Assembly (NCBI RefSeq): GCF_006345805.1
Contig: NW_021823622.1
Location: 1 to 20,329 of the forward strand
Source: Octopus sinensis
Taxonomy: Eukaryota
DNA: 20,329 bases
Direction of reading: 5' to 3'
The translations under genes and the position numbers were made by a program. The notes beneath the pieces are model-generated. The model saw only the letters and a list, made by a program, of their open reading frames with translations. It did not search any database and was not told the origin of the DNA. Each line of letters starts with the position of its first letter. The stretch's first letter is position 1. Of this stretch, positions 1 through 9,581 are shown piece by piece.

Positions 1-390
1 ACACATACACACACATGCACACATGCGCACATGCACACATATACTGGAAGATGCTAGTACGCTCAAGCACGCACATACACAAAGAATACGCGAAGACGCT
101 CACACACACATGTAGGCATTTATAGGCATCTGATATACCCCATCGTACACATGCACCCATACATACATACATACACACAAGCACATATTCACACACACAC
201 ATAGGTGAAAGAACATCAACACACGCACACTTGTAAATAAACATACATGTGTGCATACACAGGCAAACATAACCACTTAAACACTCACGTACACATAAAC
301 CGTAATACACATATGTACACAAATACCACCACACGAGCACACACGCACACGCTAGCGCACACACACACACACATACACACACACACACAT
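1..390. repeat. Degenerate (CA)n/(CATA)n microsatellite-rich tract
   Basis: Interrupted ACAC/ACAT runs throughout, with a near-pure (AC)n at ~355-390. Confidence 0.9.
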
Positions 391-539
391 CCACTGTATC
401 GGATCGAATAACATTTGCTGTTGACTCTTGTTTGTAAAAAGGGGTGGAGGAGTTCCTTTCTAATGCTTTTATTAGTGATGTTAAGGAGCAGTGTAAAGCA
501 GTAGCGAAACGGTGATATTAAAGGATCCTTGTAAAAGAG

Positions 540-695
540 GGTGAAGTTGACTTTTGGAGCACCGAACTAAATGGCTTGCAGTATTTTCTGTTATCTCTTT
601 CTGGTTTCTGATTTAAAATCAATTCCCTATGAGGTTAGCGTCTATCTTTCATCTCTCAGAAGTCGATATAACAACCAGTCTTGCACTGAAGACTT
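540..695 (+). mobile_element. Old, diverged copy of SINE family A
   Basis: ctatgaggttagcgtctatctttcatctctcagaagtcgata...accagt..gcactg aligns by eye to the core of the young copy at 9375-9533 (gaggttgactttgcctttcatcctttcggggtcgata...accagttacgcactg). Boundaries approximate. Confidence 0.55.
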
Positions 696-757
696 CTTCA
701 TTTCCAACAAATTCATAGCTTCATACGAATGCAGAGAAAAAAAAAAGAGACACAAGC

Positions 758-790
758 ATAGAAATAGCAGCCAAATTTTTCTTAAATCAC
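758..790 (-). repeat. Short dispersed repeat motif, family C (related copies at ~4900-4935, ~7470-7505, ~10105-10170)
   Basis: tagaaatagcagccaaat is the reverse complement of the atttggctgctatttcta-like motif seen as ctgctatttccagca (4914), gttgctattaccagcagg (7482) and ttggtatttctagcc (10131). Confidence 0.45.
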
Positions 791-1448
791 TTGTTCGTCC
801 GTCAGAACGAAAAAGACCATCAGTCATTCATGAGTCATCCTAAAGATGAATAATGACTTGTGTGGTAGCTTGGTTTAAAGTATTTGAAGACTTGCGTACT
901 GTCAACCTCAATTTCGCGTCTGCGACCATCATCGATCCAGAGCAAGACCAAATGAAGACGGCTGGAGATGAAGCAGGACACAATGCACGACCAAGGCCTC
1001 ATCATACTTTCTGCATCGCACGGTGCTTTGCTGCACTCACCTTTGCCTCCGATGAACCGTGGAGCATTCCTAAAATATCTTTATTAATTTCTATGATATT
1101 CCGACAGTCAACACTAAATGTGGGTGACACACACACATACTGATATACAATTGTTCACATGAAATCGAAATTTCGGGAATATTCTGTGTGGAGGCAAGAA
1201 GTTGTGAGATTTATGCCTTTCTTCATCTCCATTTATGAATCTATAGCATAATCTAATTTTTAGTTCGATTAGAATTTATTGTCTCATGTTGAATAAATTT
1301 TTACAGTTTTTCTAAGAGCACCGGATTCGGTCTTCAACATACACAGGTAGGCAAGCCTTGACATGTCAATTAAGCCATAGCTAAGACACTGACAGCTGCT
1401 TCTACTTCGGGTCACAGTAAAAGCAAGGACACAGATCTTAAATTAAAA

Positions 1449-1482
1449 CACACACACATACACACACGCACACAACATGCAT

Positions 1483-1514
<32 letters not shown>

Positions 1515-1530
1515 AGGACATACAACACAC
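1449..1530. repeat. (CA)n microsatellite
   Basis: Read directly from the sequence. Confidence 0.95.
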
Positions 1531-1559
1531 ACTCACTTACTCATTCACTCGTGTATATA

Positions 1560-1730
1560 TATGTATAAGAAATAAGGTACTCAGAAATCTGGATGGTTTT
1601 ATATTTACAGATTTTTATTAATATGTCACATGTTTTTATACATCATATATTAGCGCTTGCATCCACTCTAGTGGATTCTTCAGGTTGAATTTTTTTAGGA
1701 GACTCGTCTCTTTTATAGTATTCTTGAGTG
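1560..1730 (-). mobile_element. Probable Penelope-like element pseudo-LTR fragment
   Basis: Minus-strand order is hammerhead-like motif (1683-1651), AATAAA (1619-1614), then an end running into TA repeats. This layout is typical of PLE terminal repeats. Family call is inference. Confidence 0.55.
1651..1683 (-). ncRNA. Minimal type I hammerhead ribozyme motif (one core substitution, probably inactive)
   Basis: Minus strand: CTGAAGA-ATCCAC-taga-GTGGAT-GCAA-gcgc-TA. Perfect 6-bp stem II, palindromic stem III (AGCGCT), GAAA changed to GCAA, no clear stem I. Confidence 0.6.
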
Positions 1731-1802
1731 TGTAGGGGTGGAGAGAAATGTAATATAGAAAAAGAGGGTGAGGAATGGCGAGAAAGTGAGAGAGAGTGCG
1801 CT

Positions 1803-1816
1803 TGTGTGTGTGTATG

Positions 1817-1868
<52 letters not shown>

Positions 1869-1883
1869 TGTGCGTGTCTGTGT
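1803..1883. repeat. (GT)n microsatellite
   Basis: Read directly from the sequence. Confidence 0.95.
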
Positions 1884-1994
1884 GAGCATTTGTATCTGAA
1901 AGAGTGGTTCAATTGGACAAGAAGAGAGAATGGAGAGAGAAAGAAGAAATGGTTTTTATTTATCAAGCTTGATCAGTTCTTCAATAGAACGTAC

Positions 1995-2260
1995 TATCTA
2001 TGTCTATATAGTATGTATCATTATATGTAAATGTATATATGTATATATATGTATGTATATATGATATATATGTATGTATATATATATGCATTATATATGT
2101 ATGTATGTCTATATGCATTATTGTGTAATGAATATATGTATTTATAGTATGTTATATATGTATATTGTATGTATATATATGTATATATGTATGTATATAT
2201 GTATATGTATATATATGCTTGTATATATGTATATGTATGCATATATAAATATATATATAC
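1995..2260. repeat. Degenerate (TA)n/(TATG)n tract
   Basis: Read directly from the sequence. Confidence 0.9.
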
Positions 2261-2450
2261 ATCCAGATTCCATATTAAGAAATTTAAGTAAATATACTTT
2301 AGACAATTTTCCAAAGGATTTCAGTAAACATTAGTATCTCATTAGTATCTAACATTAGTATCTAATATAGTAAACTAATGTTTACTGAACTCATTTGGAA
2401 AATTGTCTAAAGTATATTTACTAAAATTTCTTAATATGGAATCTGGATGT
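2259..2450. repeat. Long inverted repeat: 77-bp arms (2259-2335 / 2374-2450), 38-nt loop
   Basis: acatccagattccatattaagaaattt...cagtaaacattagt versus its reverse complement, 3 mismatches. The junction carries three tandem cattagtatct units. Confidence 0.95.
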
Positions 2451-2990
2451 CAAATAATAGTAGACATTAAAACCTCTAGAGCACTAATAGTCTATCTTCT
2501 CCTACCCCCCAACTTCAACATACTAGCTTTCTGCTTAGTGCATTCAAATGTATCTGGGCTGGGTTAGGAATAGATTTATTGGTTGTGACATTTGTTCTAC
2601 CCCTTCCTATATCTATAAATAGAAGAATTCTTTGTCTCCATCCAACCATAATTCCCTCCCACTGACGGATCTAAATAACAAAGTTAAAATCTACAATCAG
2701 AGAGTGGAGTTAATACTATCATGTTCTTAAGAATGAAATCAACCTCTCTGTCTGTATATCTACCCTCTTTATAATGTTGGCAAACGAAATAGGGATAAGA
2801 ATGTGCATTGTCCGTTTGTTTAATAAAATTAAGTAGCATGAAACGATCGTACCACATTATCTCGGATATACTTGTTGCTTATTTTGATTGCAATCACCCC
2901 ATGGATTTATATGGATAATACCATACAAAATTCTGGTGCCTTTGACTTAAGTACCATATTCATCTGAATCTAAATTTTGCTGAAATTATA
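2374..2990 (-). mobile_element. Possible decayed 5' part of a Penelope-like ORF
   Basis: Minus frame 2449-2399 reads [17 protein letters not shown] and, after a frameshift, QMSSVNISL. This resembles the NLS..xL....xL.KGL motif upstream of PLE reverse transcriptases. The rest is stop-ridden and bounded by (TA)n. Confidence 0.35.
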
Positions 2991-2994
2991 TATC

Positions 2995-2997
<3 letters not shown>

Positions 2998-3072
<75 letters not shown>
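2998..3072. repeat. Pure (TA)n microsatellite
   Basis: Read directly from the sequence. Confidence 0.97.
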
Positions 3073-3074
<2 letters not shown>

Positions 3075-3076
3075 TG

Positions 3077-3240
3077 TGGCGTCATGCATGGGACAGTTCT
3101 ACTGACGTTTATAGTCCAGGAAAATATCTCTCCAGCTGGCTAACGACACACATTCTGTGTCCGATTGTCGTAAGCCAGCTGAAAAAGATGTCTTCATGGG
3201 GCTATGAACCCTCAGTACCACTGTCCCGCATAGGACACCA
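3077..3240. mobile_element. Foldback / MITE-like palindromic element
   Basis: Imperfect ~70-bp arms (3077-3148 / 3166-3240). Inner cagctggctaacgaca / tgtcgtaagccagctg match 15/16, and outer gggacagt / actgtccc match. Flanked by TA tracts. Confidence 0.7.
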
Positions 3241-3262
3241 ATTTGGTTGTCAATTATGTTAC

Positions 3263-3420
3263 TATATATATACATACATATATATACATATACATATGTA
3301 TATAAAATATATATGAATGCACATGTGTGTATAGATATGTTATATATATATGTATATATGTGTAATATATACGTAATATACATATTATAATATAATATGC
3401 AATATATATGTATATATATA

Positions 3421-3474
<54 letters not shown>

Positions 3475-3475
3475 G
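3263..3475. repeat. Degenerate (TA)n tract
   Basis: Read directly from the sequence. Confidence 0.9.
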
Positions 3476-3991
3476 CACTAAATTTGTTTTAAAATCTAAA
3501 TTTCATTCCCCACATTTCTCTATTCATTTTCGAAACAAACAAATTTGAAGTGAATGATGACATTTCTTAAGTCACTTCATTACAAGTGACTGTCAGAATT
3601 AATTTTCGATTTGCTCTTCCTGACATCCTTGTATAACACTTTACATCTGAGTAAACGAAGCATTGCATTATAGCTGATTGTTTCACAGCAAACTATCTAT
3701 TCTTGGTGCTGTTTCATATTTTTCAGATCTTCCATCTAGTGCTTTGGTATGTTATGCATTGGAATAGCCCCGGTCATCTCACTCTCAGATAACAGTTCGG
3801 TCAAATGATTTCGAGCGTGACTCAGCTTACTTTTATTTATTCTACGGTTTTTTTTAAAACTCTGCAGAGTCGCTGCTGGTCTGTTTCAGTTTGATTTGTC
3901 ACTGTGTCTGTCGAACTTACAGACCCAACAACCTGCCTTTCAAGATCCGTCACAAACGCTTACCAGTAAACATTGCAAAACTATTTAATTA

Positions 3992-4060
3992 TTCTTTCTA
4001 ATTTTGGTGCAAGGCCTGCACCTTTACGGGAAGGGGTACGTCCATTACATCGACACCAGT
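3992..4060 (-). mobile_element. SINE family A 3' fragment
   Basis: ttctttctaattttggtgcaaggcctg...attacatcgacaccagt matches the 3' portion of the copies at 9581 and 6630. Confidence 0.7.
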
Positions 4061-4071
4061 TTGAAAGGCAA

Positions 4072-4195
4072 ATACACACACGCATACACATACACGCACA
4101 CACATATAATATATACATACACCACACATATACATATATATACGTATATGTATGTCTGTATGTATGTAAGTATGGTGTTTGTATGTATGTATGTA
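4072..4195. repeat. Compound (CA)/(TA)/(TATG) microsatellite
   Basis: Read directly from the sequence. Confidence 0.9.
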
Positions 4196-4584
4196 GAGTG
4201 ACTGACAGATAGACAGTCTTGCAGGTAAAAATAGATAGATAAATTAAAACCACACATATAAAACGAGTAATACTATGAAGAAATGAGAAGTCAAACAAAC
4301 AAGCAAGACATGAAGTGAGAGAAGCGAAACGTGATTAAAAAGTGTAGAAATATAAAGCGATAAAAACAAAAATAGAAGTAATGTCAAGGAAAAAACAATA
4401 GAATAAAACGTTTCAGGAGAAACCTTCTCTCAATAAAAATAAAGAAAGAAAATGACAGCAGGGAAGGAAGAGAGCAGAAAAAATATATACGATTCCGAAT
4501 TTAAGATGTTTGTTTACATGACAGGTCTCGTATAAAAGGGAAGTTGGAATATAGGTTTCCCCTCATATTTTTTCTCTCAGTACA

Positions 4585-4638
4585 CCCTTCCTTCTTGTTC
4601 TCTCTCACTCTCAATCCTCTTCTTCCTTCTTTCTCTCC

Positions 4639-4676
<38 letters not shown>

Positions 4677-4715
4677 ATTCTCTTCCTCTTTTTTCGCTCT
4701 CACTTCTTTCTTACT
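4585..4715. repeat. Polypyrimidine / (CT)n tract
   Basis: Read directly from the sequence. Pure (CT)n at ~4645-4672. Confidence 0.9.
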
Positions 4716-4984
4716 CTTACAGTGGCCCATACATACACATATGCCTAAGTGTGTGTGTGAAAATGCTCTTAATTAGCCCAATGTGAGCTCTCATCGATAC
4801 GAGCTCTGATCAAAAGAGTTCCAAACTGTGACCGTCTCATCATTATTGTTCATCGTAATCTCAACGAATCCTTCCATTTTAAAAAGATTGGTTGTTACTT
4901 GAAGTAAATATCCCTGCTATTTCCAGCATCTCGCAGTATTGACTCGTATAAGCAGCAGACATATATTGAGTCGATTCAATCATT

Positions 4985-5040
4985 TGTATTCTTTGATTTG
5001 TTTCAGTCATTGGTTTGTGATTATGTTTGAGCATCGTCTT
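4985..5040 (-). mobile_element. SINE family B 3' tail fragment (diverged)
   Basis: ttgtttcagtcattggtttgtgattatgtttgagcatcgtc resembles ttgtttcagtctcattagagtgcggccatgctggggcatcgc at 13135. Confidence 0.55.
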
Positions 5041-5363
5041 CTAAATAATAATCGATAGCAATACCCTTCAATGCATATTTCAACTGGAACAATATTCTTG
5101 AGACAGAGTTTACAATGCGCTGAGCTGAACGACTTTTAAACACCGTACGATGTATTGTATTTATTTTATTTTATTTTAATTTGGTTTACTTGCTAGTTAA
5201 AATATTTTAATTTTAATAGTAAGAATCGGAATGAATAACATTAAATAATCAACCAAATTAATTAGAACCGACCTATACGCATTCTCTACTCAGTATTTAT
5301 AGATGTATGTGTCTGTGTCGTGTATAAAACGTATTCACATACATGTGTCTGTTTGCTTGTGTA

Positions 5364-5364
<1 letters not shown>

Positions 5365-5397
<33 letters not shown>

Positions 5398-5428
5398 GGC
5401 CCCGGTTTGATGTACACTTGTGTGTGCG

Positions 5429-5461
<33 letters not shown>

Positions 5462-5532
5462 GTGTGTGTGGTGTGTGTGTGTGTGTATGGGCCCCGGTTT
5501 GATGTACACTTGTGTGTGCGTGTGTGTGTGTG
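5365..5532. repeat. (GT)n tract containing a tandem duplication (period 92 nt)
   Basis: atgggccccggtttgatgtacactt is identical at 5395-5419 and 5487-5511. Confidence 0.95.
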
Positions 5533-5619
5533 TAGTTTGAATTGCCCTATAAACAAGAGAGACTCTTCTATTGGCTACCGACGGTCCAACATAGATAAAC
5601 CATTTAGATATTGAACAGC

Positions 5620-5705
5620 AAAAGAGAGAGCATAGAGAGAGGGGGAGAGAGGAAGAAGGAGAAAGACAGAGAGAGAGAGGGGGAGAGAGATAAAGAAAGA
5701 AGGAA
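5620..5705. repeat. Purine-rich (GA)n tract
   Basis: Read directly from the sequence. Confidence 0.85.
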
Positions 5706-5902
5706 AATATATGTTAATAGAATCTCTGGCCAATGTCACAAGTAGAAGGTCACAGTATTGTTGAATAGGGAAATACATAGCATAAGCCTTTTCCAGTAAG
5801 ATGAAACATATTAACACCTTCAAGAAAATAACTTCTTTCTGCGGTAATCAACATTCCCCGGTACACACATATACATACACAGAAGAGAATAACTGTAGTA
5901 TT

Positions 5903-5990
5903 AGTGGTGGTTGGGAGTGGTGGTGGTGGTGGTGGTGCTGCTGCTGTTGCTGGGAATGATGGTGGTGGCAGTGGCGCTGGTGGTGGTTGT
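5903..5990. repeat. (TGG)n/(TGC)n trinucleotide tract
   Basis: Read directly from the sequence. Confidence 0.85.
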
Positions 5991-6629
5991 CATAGAAGGT
6001 TAACGCTGTGAGGAAGTAATGTTTTCTTAGTACAAACGTCACCACTCATTTTTAATTCATTTTTCCATGACCAGTTATGCACCAACCATTCTTCCTTTAA
6101 TTTATATTTTTCACCATCACTTCGCATTTCGTTTCACCTCTATTCCCCTTCCCCACCGACACTCTCCTTCCTTCCCCACCCTCATTTCCCTTCTCATTCT
6201 GCCCCCCCCCATTTCTTTCTCACTCACCCCATCCGTTTTCTGTTTTCTAATCATCATTCTTTCCTTTTATACTCTTCATCTCATCTGATTCACCCTCTTT
6301 CTCATCTTGCACTAATTGCAGTTATGGCTGCTACTCTGACTAATAACTCTTCACACCTAAAGTCGCCATTTAATTTCAGCATCGAATTCAACTTCCTAAT
6401 GACAGGACGACAAACAAGCGAAAACAAAATTCCTTTCCTCGAAGCCAAAAGAAAGCTTTTGACGCTTTGCCAAAGAAGTTCCGACCACCGTTTTGCAAGC
6501 ATATTCTTCTTGATTCCTGTAACCTTCATTCTCGTTGCTAACACTGGTTGTCAGTCGAGAACGTCGACTTCGAATTGAAACTATTTAGACAGCAGTGTAT
6601 GTAAAATGAACTTTAGATACGATAAACCC

Positions 6630-6826
6630 TAGTCACAGAGCCTGCAATTTTGGGTGAGGGGCCCAGTCGATTGCATCAACCCCAGAACTTGTCTAGTACT
6701 TTATTTATCGACTCTGGAAGGATGAAAGGCAAAGTCGACCTCAGCGACATTTGAATTCAGAACGTGAAGAGCCGGAAGAACTGCCTCTAAGCATTTTATC
6801 GGCAACCGATTCTATTTGCTCGCCAC
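6630..6826 (-). mobile_element. SINE family A, near full-length, diverged
   Basis: Contains gtcgattgcatcaaccccag...ggatgaaaggcaaagtcgacctc...atttgaattcagaacgt...taagcattt...gctcgcc, collinear with 17758-17989. Confidence 0.9.
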
Positions 6827-6861
6827 TTTGATGCTATAAATAAACAGGAACACTTCAAATA

Positions 6862-6950
6862 TAGTGAAATGGTAGAAACGTTAGATCACCGGGAACTAGC
6901 TTCCATTTTTTAAATTTCATCCACCTGCTTCTCGAGTTCCAATTCCCCAC
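6862..6950 (+). mobile_element. SINE family A head fragment (A and B box remnants)
   Basis: tggtagaaacgttag (A-box-like; compare tggcagaaacgttag) and gagttccaattcc (B-box-like; compare gagttcaaattcc). Confidence 0.55.
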
Positions 6951-6999
6951 CTCTGTGTCTCGAAACTTATTTTCCTTCTACATTTGAATCAGTGACGTA

Positions 7000-7393
7000 A
7001 CAATTTCGATTCATACACACCACGTGGCACCTTGGGCTAGTGTCTTCTTCTGTAGGCCCGGGCCGATCAATGCTTTGTGAGTGAATTTGGTAGGCCTGTA
7101 TATATGTGTGTGTGGTATATATATATATATATTTGAGTGCGTGTGTATTTGTGCTAGTGTCCGTTCCCACCACCACCACCACCACTAACTCGTGACAATC
7201 GGTTTTAATATGCTCACATCCGTTTACATCCACCTTGATTAATCAGTTCGGCAAAAGAGAGTACCACGCATAAAAAGAAGGTAAATACTCCGATAATGTA
7301 AAAAAAAAGTATCAGGGTCGATTTGTTTTACTAAAACCTTTCAAGGCGGTGCTCCAGCATGGCTACGATCCAATGATTGAAACAAGCGAAAGA
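7000..7393 (+). mobile_element. SINE family B with internal microsatellite, diverged
   Basis: gtggcaccttgggctagtgtcttc...ttcggcaaaagaga...gggtcgatttg...aaggcggtgctccagcatggc...tgattgaaacaag, collinear with the segments at 13120-13738 and 8960-9155. Confidence 0.85.
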
Positions 7394-7573
7394 CGGAACA
7401 TAAATTGTCCTAGATTACATTGTTTAATGTGTCCTTTCTTTGTTCTTTGTGGATGACACTACATGATTCGAATAAACTGTAGTTGCTATTACCAGCAGGT
7501 CTACAATCCACATTTAATACATTCATGGGTAGTAACTGTTCTGGATATATCGATTTTAATATTTGCGTGGGCA

Positions 7574-7790
7574 TTATTCTAAGGCCCTTGTAATAGTGTC
7601 ATTTGTGGACGCATTCGAAATCGGTTTATATTTTGTGATAAAATATGACTCTTTGCTAATGCGCTGACTACAGGTTGCATCGTCCCTGAATTTATTTAGG
7701 GGAAAAGTTCTGAAGCTGGGTTATCTGTTAGTGGCGCAAATGTTGGTGTGTTAGCTGAATGCTATTTTTTATGTATTCCTTAATTTGATC
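7574..7790 (-). pseudogene. Penelope-like retroelement GIY-YIG endonuclease C-terminal fragment
   Basis: Minus frame 7756-7574 reads S*HTNICATNR*PSFRTFPLNKFRDDATCSQRISKESYFITKYKPISN...*. This matches the PLE pattern H-x-x-x-C...F.IFP.YK...R..KE..FI.KYKP.LN, with two in-frame stops. Confidence 0.8.
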
Positions 7791-7849
7791 TGAGATCTAT
7801 GTAGAGCCATCCTTTGACGTAGACTGTTTTTGGCTCGGCCTATATATTG

Positions 7850-8111
7850 CTTTCGACACCCAGAGCAAATTAGTACATATATTACGTTCTCCGAAGCACG
7901 TGTGAAGTTGTTTTACACTGTAAAATATTAACCCCGTTTGGAAGAGAACTCCGAGATGGTGTCGAAAGTTTCATTGTTAAGAGGGTGTGTGTGTGTCGAA
8001 ATTGCTACGATGATCCGGTTCTTGACTGAAGATTGAAGGCTTCGAATGTCCCGTCCGTTTTTTGTATCGTCTTCTAAATGTTTTTCGTTCTTGCCCCAGT
8101 TTGTATTTTTC

Positions 8112-8151
<40 letters not shown>

Positions 8152-8195
8152 TTGAGCAATTTCCTCGGCACTACGTACAACAGTCTGTCCTTGTC
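7850..8195 (+). mobile_element. Probable Penelope-like terminal repeat in opposite orientation to the endonuclease fragment
   Basis: Directly adjacent to the GIY-YIG fragment. Contains decayed hammerhead-like motifs (7938-8012) and runs into (TA)n at 8114-8150. Inference. Confidence 0.45.
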
Positions 8196-8959
8196 TGTGC
8201 AGCAGTCTGTAATATGCATAATGGAAACAAAAATAAAATGAACACTTAATATACATCTGAACTGGATTCATTTACAAAAACATTTCCCCAAAACTGTAAG
8301 CCATAACATGAACGAGTTCCACAAGATTTAACCAGGTGTGTGACAAAATGAGAAAAAGAATTCGATTATATTTTAAAAGCGTGTAAAATATAAACTGAAA
8401 TTCTAAAAATATATCCTTAATAACTATGTTTTATTTAAAGAATAAAGAATTAAGTACTTAATACATTTCTGTTGATTAAATTATTTATAGCTATTGACTC
8501 AAATATATAAATAACTTTTCTTAATACGTTTTTTTTTATTTCTGCGCAAAGAGCACAAAAATATATTTATTTTGTTGGAAATTGTACCACGAGTAAAGCA
8601 AAATTGGGCAAGAACTGTATTAAGAAGCAATGCAGCCTAAGTAAGCGATATATTCAGTATCATTGTAGCATTAATTAGAAATAGCAACTTAATCACTAAC
8701 AGTCAGGGTTGCTCAGTAGACGTCAGCATAATTCTAAAGTATTTGGTTTGTAAGATTCTTGATGTGAATTCATGTGTTCCCTCATGCTACATGAACTTAA
8801 GGATACCATCACACTACATGTAAAATCAAGACTCATGGTAAAATAAAAGTAAGTGGTATTGAACCAGTGCGTGTGGTTATTTTAACTTCTCTTGACATAA
8901 TGACCCTCTTAAAATAGTGTTAAAGGTTAAGCAAAAAAAGGAAAGATCTATGCCGATCT

Positions 8960-9155
8960 ATTTTATCTTTTACATATTTTAGTTCTTAAACTGTGGCCAT
9001 GCTAGGGCAACGCCTTAAAGATACTTTTCTTTAAGCTTAATATATATCCTATCGGTCGAAGTACTAAGTTACCGGGACGTAAACAAAGCAGCACTGGTTG
9101 CCAAGCAGTGGGAGAGGCAAACCCCAGGACATACACACATAAATATACACACAAC
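8960..9155 (-). mobile_element. SINE family B, 3' and middle part
   Basis: ctgtggccatgctagggcaacgcc...ctaagttaccgggacgtaaaca...ggttgccaagc is the reverse complement of segments in the 7000 and 13380-13480 copies. Confidence 0.8.
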
Positions 9156-9169
9156 AACACCAATAATAA

Positions 9170-9374
9170 TAATGATTTCAAGTTTTGGCACAAGGCCAGC
9201 AATTTCGGAGGAGAATAACATCGCTCCTAGTGCTCAACTCGTACTTAGTTTATTGACTCGGAAAAGATGAAAGCAAAGTTGACCCCGACGGAATTTGATC
9301 TCAAAATGTAAAGACGGACGAAATGCCGTTAAGCATTCCGCCTGGTGTGCTAACAGTCCTGCCATCTCGCTGCC
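9170..9374 (-). mobile_element. SINE family A, full-length, diverged
   Basis: gatgaaagcaaagttgaccccgacggaatttgatctc...taagcattccgcctggtgtgctaacagtcctgccatctcgctgcc, collinear with 17758-17989. Confidence 0.9.
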
Positions 9375-9530
9375 GAGTTCAAATTCCGCCGAGGTTGACT
9401 TTGCCTTTCATCCTTTCGGGGTCGATAAATAAAGTACCAGTTACGCACTGGGGTCGATGTAATCGACTTAATCCCTTTGTCTGTCCTTGTTTGTCCCCTC
9501 TATGTTTAGCCCCTTGTGGGCAATAAAGAA

Positions 9531-9533
<3 letters not shown>
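9375..9533 (+). mobile_element. SINE family A, young, 5'-truncated at the B box
   Basis: gagttcaaattccgccgagg...ccccttgtgggcaataaagaaat is nearly identical to the reverse complement of 17758-17917. Confidence 0.95.

Positions 9534-9535
<2 letters not shown>

Positions 9536-9580
<45 letters not shown>
9536..9580. repeat. (TAA)n microsatellite
   Basis: About 15 perfect units between two SINE 3' ends. Confidence 0.97.

Positions 9581-9581
<1 letters not shown>

Noticed and set aside
571-843. ORFs 571-843 (+) and 642-827 (-)
   Set aside because: They overlap a decayed SINE copy and a family C motif. The faint Tc1-like look of LLEMKKSSVQDW is not backed by any further transposase motif.
853-1143. 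96-aa ORF with mariner-like snippets (WFKVF, MKTAGDEA) and a minus-strand AAG|GTGAGT donor at ~1041
   Set aside because: The snippets are in the wrong order for a mariner helix-turn-helix, there are no TIRs, and the candidate 29-nt exon has a poor acceptor. Not supportable.
1643-5614. Many HT-, CV-, YI- and LS-repeat ORFs (also at 11445-12218, 13642-13942, 14948-17823, 19645-20313)
   Set aside because: They are translations of dinucleotide microsatellites, which lack stop codons by construction.
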